DNA of 64,000 nucleotides, from positions 65,192-129,191 of IMG/VR virus record IMGVR_UViG_3300038530_003247. One strand, given 5' to 3'. Source of the DNA: a virus. Taxonomy: Duplodnaviria > Caudoviricetes. Below, one piece after another: positions 25,946 to 34,260 of this stretch. The position numbers were made by a program, and so were the translations under genes. The notes below the pieces were generated by a model, which was given only the letters and a program-made list of their open reading frames with translations, was not told the DNA's origin and ran no database searches. Within the stretch, counting starts at the first letter, position 1, and each line of letters starts with the position of its first letter.

Positions 25946-27160
25946 ATGAGAAGTTTCGATCAGTTTGTTGAATCATCTTCGAAGATTATAAAAGATGAAC
26001 TCAACCCAAAGTTCTGGGATGAGAAAGAACTGAAAGAAGATGTAAGAAAGGCATCGATGAGAATCGCTAAGTATTATGCCAACTGGACTGACATTCCCAT
26101 GACAGCTGTGGAGGATGTTCATCTGGTGGGTGGCAATGCTTCTTATCTTTATAATGATAAGTCTGACCTTGATATTCATCTCATCGTTGATAAAAGTAAG
26201 ATCTCTGAGTGTGGAGAACTCCTGGATGATTATCTGAGATCGAAGAAGAAACTCTGGGCGTTTGAGCACGACGTAAAGATTTACGGAACAGAGGTTGAAC
26301 TTTATGCTGAGGACATTGGTGATCCCAAACCTGCTGCTCAGGGTCGTTACTCAATCAAGAATGATAAGTGGATCACTCAACCGAATAAAGAGATTCCAAA
26401 GATCAATGATGTTGCAGTTGAGAGCAAGGTAAAGAACCTGGCTGGTGAGATTGATGACATCATTGATGATGAGGTGGCAAATGAGTCACGTCTTGAGTTT
26501 ATCAAAGGTAAACTCTTTAAGCTTAGAAGACAATCCCTCTCTGAGGGTGGTGAGTTTGCCCTGGGTAACCTCGTATTTAAGTCCCTGAGAAACAAAGGTT
26601 ACATTGATAAGCTCAATGATTACATGACCAATGTCACTGATAAGAACCTCTCTCTTTACGAGTGGCTTGATATTGAAGAGTCTTCACTTACTCGTGTGAT
26701 GAGTAAGGATAAGAAGGGTGGAATGGCAATCATGTCAGCACAGAGAGGTGACAAGAGTGCGAAGGAGAACAGAGCTCGTTCTCAACAACTCGATAAAGAC
26801 ATCAGAGGGAAAGGGTTACCTGGAGCAACCAAAGTTTCTGGTCGTTACACAGAGAATAAGGGTCAGAAAGATGAGAGAAAGGTTGGTGAGAGATCTCATG
26901 TGATCTCCAGTGGTAAGATGGGTAAGAAAAGATTTGCCAAAGCAATCAAGTCCCTTGGTAAGAAATACAACCAAGACAGTGTACTCTTGAAGAAGAAAAC
27001 AAAAGGAGATGCGGCACTGGTGGGGACTAACAAATCCTCATTCCCAGGCTATAATAAACGCATGAAAACTGGTAAGATGAATCCTGGTAAGACAGGTGAG
27101 TTCGACACCAAAGTCAAAAACAAAACGTTCACTTATGAATCAACTGAAGAAAGCATCTAA
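25946..27160 (+). CDS. Pol-beta-superfamily nucleotidyltransferase fused to a basic C-terminal domain
   Basis: LVGGNASY...SDLDIHL, VELY; second domain ESSLTRV...SAQRG...KYNQDSVL; late promoter CTAAATA upstream. Confidence 0.75.
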   Translation: MRSFDQFVESSSKIIKDELNPKFWDEKELKEDVRKASMRIAKYYANWTDIPMTAVEDVHLVGGNASYLYNDKSDLDIHLIVDKSKISECGELLDDYLRSKKKLWAFEHDVKIYGTEVELYAEDIGDPKPAAQGRYSIKNDKWITQPNKEIPKINDVAVESKVKNLAGEIDDIIDDEVANESRLEFIKGKLFKLRRQSLSEGGEFALGNLVFKSLRNKGYIDKLNDYMTNVTDKNLSLYEWLDIEESSLTRVMSKDKKGGMAIMSAQRGDKSAKENRARSQQLDKDIRGKGLPGATKVSGRYTENKGQKDERKVGERSHVISSGKMGKKRFAKAIKSLGKKYNQDSVLLKKKTKGDAALVGTNKSSFPGYNKRMKTGKMNPGKTGEFDTKVKNKTFTYESTEESI

Positions 27161-27368
27161 GAAGTTTATGAAGAAGTTTCCATTTAATCATGTGGTCCTT
27201 GAGGATCGCAAAGAAGTCTGGATCAAGGGTGGTTATCCTGGATGTATGGCTGTTCCTAAACTCATGGAAAAGTTCTATCCTGACTACGATGCTAAGTTGG
27301 CAAAGAATGAATTCATCGAAGAACTCAAGAGAGATCCTTCTGTGCGGGATAGGTTAGACAAGACATGA
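27135..27368 (+). CDS. Hypothetical protein
   Basis: FPFNHVV...VWI...FYPDY. Confidence 0.65.
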   Translation: MNQLKKASKKFMKKFPFNHVVLEDRKEVWIKGGYPGCMAVPKLMEKFYPDYDAKLAKNEFIEELKRDPSVRDRLDKT

Positions 27369-27472
27369 AGAACGAAGATATCCCTCACAGTATGGGACCT
27401 CTCGCTAATTTGGTGGGAGGATTTCTAATAGCATTATTCGTTGTTATGATACCATTCATTATTCTATTATGA
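27365..27472 (+). CDS. 35-aa single-pass membrane peptide (below cutoff)
   Basis: ATGA overlaps at both ends; LVGGFLIALFVVMIPFIILL. Confidence 0.5.
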   Translation: MKNEDIPHSMGPLANLVGGFLIALFVVMIPFIILL

Positions 27473-27705
27473 CTTTTACTGTTTATTCGAAACAAGGATG
27501 TCCTTACTGTGTTAAGGTCATTAGGGCTCTGCAACTTTCAGAACAGAAATACGTTGAGTTGAAGTTAGATAGAGACTTCACTCGTCCTGAGTTCATTGGG
27601 AAGTTCGGGAGGACAACTTTTCCAAGAGTTCTACTAAATAACGAAACACTTATTGGTGGTTGCACCGAAACTGTCAAATACCTACGGGAGAACAATCTAG
27701 TCTAA
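27469..27705 (+). CDS. Glutaredoxin
   Basis: CPYC, TFPRV, IGGC. Confidence 0.93.
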   Translation: MTFTVYSKQGCPYCVKVIRALQLSEQKYVELKLDRDFTRPEFIGKFGRTTFPRVLLNNETLIGGCTETVKYLRENNLV

Positions 27706-28070
27706 TGTTTGATCCGGATCTGGAAATCAATAACGCTGTCGAACTGGCAGTTGACCATGCTTTCGGAGGCAAGATTACTATCAACATGTACGAATACCTA
27801 AAGTCCCTTAAGGCAACGAGAGGAGACGCTGAGAGGTTCCTTGAGAGTCCAACCGCAAGGAATGTCAATCTTTTGATTTATGATCTCGACGATTATCTTG
27901 AGGGAGGTTCCGACTCTGACCATAAACAACTCAGAGAGGCTTATGGTCACCTTGGGAAGCCAGAAGCAAGAAAGATAAGAAACTTTCTTGACAGTATTAT
28001 TACAGACGCAGGGAAGTATGCACATGACAAAAGACCGGGAAGAAGGAAAAGATCTGGTCCCTCTAAATAA
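27705..28070 (+). CDS. Conserved cyanophage hypothetical protein
   Basis: YLEGG.D..HKQLREAYGHL.KPEARKI. Confidence 0.75.
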   Translation: MFDPDLEINNAVELAVDHAFGGKITINMYEYLKSLKATRGDAERFLESPTARNVNLLIYDLDDYLEGGSDSDHKQLREAYGHLGKPEARKIRNFLDSIITDAGKYAHDKRPGRRKRSGPSK

Positions 28071-28107
28071 TGAAGATCAACCCCGAAAAAACAGAGGGGT
28101 TGAGCTA

Positions 28108-28269
28108 ATGATGAGAAACAAAAACAGGAGGAGAGAAGAGCCTAGCCCGAAACCTAAGTGGTTTCAATTTCGATTGGGGCAAGTGATTACTCTCTTTCGT
28201 AGAGAATTTCACTTTGGATTCGAAATCTATCTGGATACAAACAAAGGTAAGTTCTCAAAGGAGGAATAA
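28108..28269 (+). CDS. Hypothetical protein
   Basis: Basic ORF, LFRREFHF; start uncertain. Confidence 0.5.
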   Translation: MMRNKNRRREEPSPKPKWFQFRLGQVITLFRREFHFGFEIYLDTNKGKFSKEE

Positions 28270-28270
28270 G

Positions 28271-28492
28271 ATGATAGCTGTTACCCTCACACTATCCGCT
28301 TTAATTTCACTGTTGTTTCTTGGACTTGGTGGAGTTATTGGATGGATCGCAAAGGATGTTGTTATTCAAAAGAACACAGCGTTCTATCCCATGCATCCAG
28401 AGTTCTTGGATGAAGATGGAAATATCATTGCAGATGAGATTATGTCTGTGAGATTCGAAAACCCCGAAGAGCTTGGGGAAGATCATTACTAA
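28271..28492 (+). CDS. Membrane-anchored hypothetical protein
   Basis: N-terminal TM segment; HPEFLDEDGNII; GGAGG SD. Confidence 0.7.
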   Translation: MIAVTLTLSALISLLFLGLGGVIGWIAKDVVIQKNTAFYPMHPEFLDEDGNIIADEIMSVRFENPEELGEDHY

Positions 28493-28515
28493 ACACTGAT
28501 TATTTTATTAAGACC

Positions 28516-28971
28516 ATGGCAACAACAAAACTTCCACCCAACCCCTTTATTCATGAAATTCTTGAGTTGGTAAGTAAGCAAAGGAGTGCCGCAAAGAAAG
28601 TTGAGGTTCTGAAAGAATACAGAACAGATGCACTTACAGCGGTTTTGATTTGGAACTTTGATGATAGTATCATCTCCCTCCTTCCTGAGGGAGAAGTTCC
28701 TTATGAGAAGAATGATGTTCCTGTTGGGACAGACCACACTTCTCTTCGTAAGGAGTGGAGAAACCTTTATCACTTTGTGAAGGGTGGTAACGACAGTCTC
28801 TCGAAGACACGTCGTGAGTCGATGTTCATCCAAATCCTTGAAGGACTTCATCCCACTGAGGCAGAACTCTTGTGTCTTGTGAAGGACAAACAACTGGCTA
28901 CGAAGTTCAAGATTACTAAGGCGAATGTTGATACCGCTTTCCCTGATATTCGATGGGGTGATCGGTCATGA
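28516..28971 (+). CDS. Conserved T4-like phage hypothetical protein
   Basis: LPEGEVPY, RRESMFIQILEGLHP.EA. Confidence 0.8.
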   Translation: MATTKLPPNPFIHEILELVSKQRSAAKKVEVLKEYRTDALTAVLIWNFDDSIISLLPEGEVPYEKNDVPVGTDHTSLRKEWRNLYHFVKGGNDSLSKTRRESMFIQILEGLHPTEAELLCLVKDKQLATKFKITKANVDTAFPDIRWGDRS

Positions 28972-29156
28972 GTAAAGGTTTCGACATCAACTTTGAAGGA
29001 CTTGATATGGATCCAGATCAAGTCCAGGCCCTCCTTAAACAATACAAAAAGATTAAGAAGTATCAGAAATCAAATCTGTTTGCCATCAAGACAATGGATG
29101 GAACAGAGGATGTTGTATCCAAGATGATTGAGGAAGCTCATGAAGGAGGATTTTAG
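28968..29156 (+). CDS. Hypothetical protein
   Basis: ATGA overlap with upstream gene. Confidence 0.6.
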   Translation: MSKGFDINFEGLDMDPDQVQALLKQYKKIKKYQKSNLFAIKTMDGTEDVVSKMIEEAHEGGF

Positions 29157-29307
29157 CCTCACCAACGTTCTTAGACTTATCAGTGAGCTAGAAGGATCCT
29201 CTCAGATGCTCAACCTGATCGACGAACAGGAAGACAAAAGAATCATTGATCTTCTGAAGTCAAAGTATTATAAAATTTATTTCACTCTTAAGAAACTTGA
29301 TAAATAA
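29140..29307 (+). CDS. Small hypothetical protein (below cutoff)
   Basis: LRLISELEG...KYYKIYF. Confidence 0.55.
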   Translation: MKEDFSLTNVLRLISELEGSSQMLNLIDEQEDKRIIDLLKSKYYKIYFTLKKLDK

Positions 29308-29350
29308 TTCAAAGAGTATTATAATATACTCATCGGGTCGGAGGAACATC

Positions 29351-29569
29351 ATGACGAAACTCTTGTCGAGTTTATTTGTGATTGTATCATTGGGTGTTAC
29401 ACCCTCCTTGGCATCTAACTCTACACGAATGAATTGTGTGGAGTACTTTGAGATTCGTGATCTTATTATAGAAACTGAATGGTTCTCTCCGGAGGAAAAA
29501 GATCAGCTTCTTAGGAATCTCGAATCGTTTCATGGATTATCCTGTCTCTGGCCATCGTTCATTCCTTGA
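29351..29569 (+). CDS. Hypothetical exported protein
   Basis: GGAGGA SD, signal-like N-terminus, two Cys. Confidence 0.6.
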   Translation: MTKLLSSLFVIVSLGVTPSLASNSTRMNCVEYFEIRDLIIETEWFSPEEKDQLLRNLESFHGLSCLWPSFIP

Positions 29570-29608
29570 GTTTTCATTTTTGGGTAGAAGACTAAAGGAA
29601 CGCAAGTA

Positions 29609-29680
29609 GGACAACGCGGAACGGATCGTTCATTTGAGACCACCCATATCTCAAACGCACACGTTGCCCAAAGGAACGGG
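29609..29680 (+). ncRNA. Glutamine-II (Downstream-peptide) riboswitch
   Basis: CGTTC 29627-29631/GAACG 29674-29678, TTTGAGA/TCTCAAA, CAACG/CGTTG pseudoknot; upstream of a YRG-repeat gene as is typical for this motif. Confidence 0.75.
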
Positions 29681-29745
29681 AACTAACTCGGATCACCCGA
29701 AAGGGTTAAAGGAGAAAAACTGTTCACCAACTTTGGAGTAAACAA

Positions 29746-29997
29746 ATGTCTCAAGCTACTTATCGTGGTGTTGCATACACCATCCAGAACGACACACAGA
29801 GTGTCCCTCAAGCCATCTTGACTTATCGTGGTGTGGACTACCGTCCCATCACTGAGATCAACCAACCCTCTGGTGAGCGCATCTATCGTGGTGTCTCTTA
29901 CCAAGCTGGTGTCAATCTCGAAGTCGAGCATGTTCGTAAGAACATCCGTAAGCAGAACGCTCTTCACGGAGCACAAAAGTCTCTGGCAATGCGGTGA
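29746..29997 (+). CDS. DUF4278-like protein with three YRGV repeats
   Basis: TYRGVAY, LTYRGVDY, IYRGVSY; GGAG SD. Confidence 0.8.
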   Translation: MSQATYRGVAYTIQNDTQSVPQAILTYRGVDYRPITEINQPSGERIYRGVSYQAGVNLEVEHVRKNIRKQNALHGAQKSLAMR

Positions 29998-30020
29998 TTG
30001 GTCACTCATAGTTTGTGAGG

Positions 30021-30045
30021 GGAGGGGTTACACCCCTCCTTTTTT
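30021..30045 (+). terminator. Intrinsic terminator
   Basis: GGAGGGG-TTACA-CCCCTCC-T6. Confidence 0.85.
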
Positions 30046-30075
30046 AGTTTATACTGTTAAATATTATCAATCATC

Positions 30076-30234
30076 ATGGATACAGAAAAACTAAAGCTGA
30101 TTGTCAGAAATCTAAAGTCTCTGGTCGATGTGTTGGAGTCTGAGATTTATTCTGATGTTGAATCGTACACTAAAGGAACAGAGTATCTCCCCCCACTTGC
30201 TGATTACGATGAGGTCTTCGAAGATGACGAATGA
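30076..30234 (+). CDS. Small conserved cyanophage protein (below cutoff)
   Basis: MDTEKLKLIVRNLKSLVDVLESEIYSD. Confidence 0.65.
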   Translation: MDTEKLKLIVRNLKSLVDVLESEIYSDVESYTKGTEYLPPLADYDEVFEDDE

Positions 30235-30460
30235 GGATTGGAGATATTCGGAAGACAAACTTAAACTCAGGGGAGAATGTCTTCACATCCTGTTAAATAA
30301 GTTTAGTTATGACGACCCTAACAAAGTCAATTACACAACTCAGGACATCTATGAGTGTGCTCATGACTGGGTGTCGCAAGGAAATAAGATCAGCAGTGGA
30401 ATCATTGCTTACTTCCAAGCTTACTATGTAAACAAGGTGGACAAAGAACGTTATGTATGA
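30224..30460 (+). CDS. Hypothetical protein
   Basis: DWRYSE...IYECAHDWVSQG. Confidence 0.65.
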   Translation: MTNEDWRYSEDKLKLRGECLHILLNKFSYDDPNKVNYTTQDIYECAHDWVSQGNKISSGIIAYFQAYYVNKVDKERYV

Positions 30461-30632
30461 AGAACTAAACGAGTTTGAAACCGCACTCCAACACTTTGGA
30501 ACAAGAGTTGAGGTTTACTCTTGTATGGAAATGGGTGGTAAGATTACAGCTGAAGAAGCTTACCAACTCATTAAGGCAGAACTGAAAGAACTCAAGAAAT
30601 GTCGAAAACAATTTAAATCTAAGGAGAATTGA
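30453..30632 (+). CDS. Small conserved protein (below cutoff)
   Basis: ALQHFGTRV...EMGGKITAEEAYQLIK. Confidence 0.7.
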   Translation: MYEELNEFETALQHFGTRVEVYSCMEMGGKITAEEAYQLIKAELKELKKCRKQFKSKEN

Positions 30633-30637
30633 CACCA

Positions 30638-31273
30638 ATGAAAGTTAGTTTAGTGACAGTTACTCCTGATGCAGAGAAGCACATCGCTTACTGTGCAAGA
30701 GTCAGTAACCCACAGAATCAAAACAATGATTCGTTTGAAGGATTGCTCCGTTATTGCATCAAACATCAACACTGGAGCATCTTTGAACAAGCATCAATGA
30801 CTCTGGAGATTCAAACAACCAGAGGAATAGCCGCTCAAGTCTTGCGCCATCGCTCGTTCACGTTCCAGGAATTTTCACAACGTTATGCAGATGCTAATCT
30901 TCTGACTAACATTGAACTTCCCGAACTGAGACGACAGGACACAAAGAATCGTCAGAATAGTATTGACGATCTTGATCCAGAGGTCGTTGAGAAGTTGAAT
31001 CGTCAGATGGTAACTCTGTTCAGTTCCGCGTCTAATCTTTACAATCAAATGTTGGATGCAGGTGTCGCAAAGGAATGTGCACGCTTTGTACTACCTTTAT
31101 GTACACCCACCAAAATGTACATGACTGGTTCAATTCGTAGCTGGTTACATTACATCGACCTGAGGTCATCGAACGGAACTCAGAAAGAACACATGGACAT
31201 TGCTTTGGAGTGTAGAGAAATCTTCACAAAAGAGTTTCCAACCATTGCATCCGCGATGGATTGGACAGAATAA
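30638..31273 (+). CDS. thyX: Flavin-dependent thymidylate synthase
   Basis: HWSIFEQ, RHRSFTFQEFSQRY, KECARFVLP. Confidence 0.96.
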   Translation: MKVSLVTVTPDAEKHIAYCARVSNPQNQNNDSFEGLLRYCIKHQHWSIFEQASMTLEIQTTRGIAAQVLRHRSFTFQEFSQRYADANLLTNIELPELRRQDTKNRQNSIDDLDPEVVEKLNRQMVTLFSSASNLYNQMLDAGVAKECARFVLPLCTPTKMYMTGSIRSWLHYIDLRSSNGTQKEHMDIALECREIFTKEFPTIASAMDWTE

Positions 31274-31297
31274 ATAAACTAACCCCTGAGCTTAATT

Positions 31298-31549
31298 ATG
31301 GCAACATACCCAGTAAGAAATAAAAAGACTGGTGAAGAAAAAGAGATCCAAATGAGTGTTCATGACTGGGATCAGTGGAGAGAGGACAATCCCGATTGGG
31401 AACGTTTCTATACTCCATACAACTCACCAGCGTTGGGTCTTGAAATGGGCGACCCTCTTAGTAAGATTTACACAAAACATCCAGGTTGGAAGGATGTTAT
31501 CAGTTCTGCTAAGAAGCAACCAGGAAGTACACTAAAACACTACGACTAA
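31298..31549 (+). CDS. Conserved T4-like phage hypothetical protein
   Basis: MATYPV...PGWKDV...PGS; late promoter upstream. Confidence 0.7.
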   Translation: MATYPVRNKKTGEEKEIQMSVHDWDQWREDNPDWERFYTPYNSPALGLEMGDPLSKIYTKHPGWKDVISSAKKQPGSTLKHYD

Positions 31550-31553
31550 TTTT

Positions 31554-32318
31554 ATGCCGAGAAAGAGCAAGTCAGGGATTGGAAGTACTAATCCTGTCCC
31601 CTTTGGTATGAGCAACAAGCAGATGAAAAGGAAGAAACCAATCAATCTTGATTACATAAAGAAGATTGAACCCCTCACTGACAATCAGGAATACTTCTTT
31701 GATAAGTATTCGAAAGATCAGAACATGGTTGCTTATGGGGTGGCTGGAACCGGTAAGACATTCATTGCACTCTACAACGCACTTCTAGATGTTCTAGATG
31801 TCAAGAGTCCATACGAAAAGATTTACATTGTTCGTTCTCTAGTTGCTACCAGAGAGATTGGTTTTCTCCCTGGTGACCATGAAGATAAGTCATCTCTTTA
31901 TCAGATTCCCTATAAGAACATGGTCAAATACATGTTCGAGATGCCAGACGACAACGCTTTCGAGATGTTGTATTCCAATCTCAAAGCACAAGGAACGATT
32001 GGTTTCTGGTCCACCTCTTTCATTAGAGGAACAACTCTGGATAAAGCTATTATAATTGTTGATGAGTTCCAGAATTTGAACTTCCATGAACTCGATTCCA
32101 TCATTACTCGTGTTGGTGTCGATTCCAAGATTCTCTTTTGTGGTGACGCCACTCAGTCTGACCTGACAAAACAGAATGAAAGGAATGGAATTGCGGACTT
32201 TATGAAGATTCTGAGGAACATGCCTTCCTTTGATATCGTTGAGTTTGAAGCAGAGGACATCTGTCGTTCTGGTCTTGTCAGAGAGTACATTGTTGCTAAA
32301 CTTGAATTGGGTCTCTAA
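31554..32318 (+). CDS. phoH: PhoH-like ATPase
   Basis: GVAGTGKT, IGFLPG, FIRG.T, DEFQN, GDATQSD. Confidence 0.95.
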   Translation: MPRKSKSGIGSTNPVPFGMSNKQMKRKKPINLDYIKKIEPLTDNQEYFFDKYSKDQNMVAYGVAGTGKTFIALYNALLDVLDVKSPYEKIYIVRSLVATREIGFLPGDHEDKSSLYQIPYKNMVKYMFEMPDDNAFEMLYSNLKAQGTIGFWSTSFIRGTTLDKAIIIVDEFQNLNFHELDSIITRVGVDSKILFCGDATQSDLTKQNERNGIADFMKILRNMPSFDIVEFEAEDICRSGLVREYIVAKLELGL

Positions 32319-33007
32319 TGTTTATTCATAGCGATGTTGACTTTGACTCTATGTCAAGGGAGACAATTGATGGTGTCAGATACTATCATGTACCCGGCAC
32401 CGATAAGTTGGTTAGATTACCTTCAATCACTTCTGTGATCAGTCACAGAAACAGAGAGAAGTTCAAAGAATGGAGGAAGAAAGTTGGTGAGGAAGAAGCC
32501 AACAACATTACTCGTAAGGCGACTCATCGTGGTACTGATGCTCACACATTGATCGAAGAGTATCTGAACAACGTTGATCCTAAGGAGATGAGTAAGGTTC
32601 TTCCTTTGTCTGAATATCTGTTCAAGCAGGCTAAGCCAACTTTGGACAGAATTGATAACATTCTGTGTCAAGAACAGGCACTTTTTAGTTATCAGATTGG
32701 TGTTGCTGGCTCAGTTGATTGTATCGCTGAGTTTGATGGTGAGTTATCCATCATTGACTTCAAGACTTCAGCTAAACCCAAGCCTCGTGAATGGATTGAG
32801 GATTACTTTGTTCAGTGTGCAGCTTATGCCTGTATGCTTTATGAAATGAAAGGAACAACTGTTAAGAAGTTTGTTATAATCATGACATGTGAAAATGGTG
32901 ACGTTGAAGTCTATGAAGAGTATGACAAAGCAAAATACATTAGATTACTCTCAGACTACGTTAGAGAGTTTGTTAATTTCAAATTACAGGAATATGCAAA
33001 AACCTGA
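32318..33007 (+). CDS. PD-(D/E)XK exonuclease
   Basis: PSITSV, RGT..H, AGSVDC, IIDFKTS, QCAAY. Confidence 0.88.
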   Translation: MFIHSDVDFDSMSRETIDGVRYYHVPGTDKLVRLPSITSVISHRNREKFKEWRKKVGEEEANNITRKATHRGTDAHTLIEEYLNNVDPKEMSKVLPLSEYLFKQAKPTLDRIDNILCQEQALFSYQIGVAGSVDCIAEFDGELSIIDFKTSAKPKPREWIEDYFVQCAAYACMLYEMKGTTVKKFVIIMTCENGDVEVYEEYDKAKYIRLLSDYVREFVNFKLQEYAKT

Positions 33008-33263
33008 AGAAGAAAATCTGAATGACCTTCTAAAAACTAAGTTCTTTTCTCCATCGAGATTCTCTGAGGAGATTGAGAAGGTTGTTCTTGAGAATCCATC
33101 CATGGGTTACATGGATGCAATTGTCTTCTTCTGCGATAACAACAATATTGACATTGAGTCTGTTCCAAAGTTGATCTCTAAACCTCTGAAAGAGAGGATT
33201 AGATGTGAAGCTATTGAAATGAATTTATTGAAACGAACAAGTAGAGCTAAACTTCCTTTATGA
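32994..33263 (+). CDS. gp33: Late transcription coactivator gp33
   Basis: YMDAIV..C...KLISKPLKERI..EA; synteny with gp59 and gp32. Confidence 0.88.
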   Translation: MQKPEEENLNDLLKTKFFSPSRFSEEIEKVVLENPSMGYMDAIVFFCDNNNIDIESVPKLISKPLKERIRCEAIEMNLLKRTSRAKLPL

Positions 33264-33862
33264 TTTCTAAGGTGAAACCCTTCGACGCTTACAAGTCCTA
33301 CCTTGGACTTAAGAACCACTTTACCCGGTCTAACTATGACTGGCACAAGTACGCTGGAAAGTCGAAGGCATCTGTCCAAGCATTCTATAAAAGAAAAGAC
33401 AGATTTTGGTTTGAGAAACTCTCAAGACAGAAGAATGATCAAGAGGTCATCGACTTCTTCGTCGCCAACTTTTCAATGAGCGATGACCCTGGAACTCTCT
33501 GGATTGGTGAGGTTATTCGTAATGGGGAAAACAATTACACAGAGTGGAAAAAGAGAAACCAAGCTCTGAGTTATCACTTCAAAGAAGAGGTTGAGAAACT
33601 CTTTGATGAAAAGAAATTTGATGATGTGTTCATGATTGATGGGTCTCGTCACCCTGAGATTGTTAAGAAACACTTAGCAAAAGAGGTTTGTCTCGAAACA
33701 TTAATTATACTGGAGAGGATTCTGGGATTTAAGAAAGAGTTTGATAAGAAACTTAAAGACCCTGTCTGGCAAGTCCTCTCAATGAGAATGGCTAAGTATA
33801 ATTCATTCCTCAGTGTAGACATTTTTAAGTTCAAAAAGATTCTAAAAGACGCAGTGTTATGA
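33260..33862 (+). CDS. gp59: Helicase loader gp59
   Basis: YLGLKNHF...YD...KRKDRFWFEKLS. Confidence 0.9.
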   Translation: MISKVKPFDAYKSYLGLKNHFTRSNYDWHKYAGKSKASVQAFYKRKDRFWFEKLSRQKNDQEVIDFFVANFSMSDDPGTLWIGEVIRNGENNYTEWKKRNQALSYHFKEEVEKLFDEKKFDDVFMIDGSRHPEIVKKHLAKEVCLETLIILERILGFKKEFDKKLKDPVWQVLSMRMAKYNSFLSVDIFKFKKILKDAVL

Positions 33863-34194
33863 GTTTCTTCGATTCAGAAATCGTTCAAAAAGAAATGGAG
33901 GAAATCACCTCTCTCCAGAATGAGATCTATACTAATGTGTACACCTACTTTACGATGAATAAGAAGGAGAAGATTGATCACATCAAACTCCTCCAAACTC
34001 TTATTGATAAACAGAAGATTCTCTATGCTCGTCTTTCTCTTTCGGATGATCCAAGAGCAAAACAAATGAAGGAGAACATCCGTGAGTCAGCAAAGAACCT
34101 TGGATTCCCTGATGATGTAGACCTAAATAAGATGTTCGCTTCGATGTCAAATATGATATCATTGATGATGGAGGCATTGGAGGAACAAGAATAA
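33859..34194 (+). CDS. Conserved cyanophage protein (DUF1825-like)
   Basis: MSFFDSEIVQ...KQKILYARLSLSDDP. Confidence 0.8.
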   Translation: MSFFDSEIVQKEMEEITSLQNEIYTNVYTYFTMNKKEKIDHIKLLQTLIDKQKILYARLSLSDDPRAKQMKENIRESAKNLGFPDDVDLNKMFASMSNMISLMMEALEEQE

Positions 34195-34260
34195 CAAATA
34201 GTGGGCTGGACGATCCCTAAGCTAAGTCACACAAGCCAAATACAACAAATAGGTAAACAC

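Noticed and set aside
27365-27472. PsbX-like identity for the small membrane peptide
   Set aside because: Similarity limited to a generic hydrophobic helix
32318-33007. Cas4/CRISPR association of the exonuclease
   Set aside because: Core T4-like cyanophage gene in normal synteny; no repeat-spacer array seen in the window
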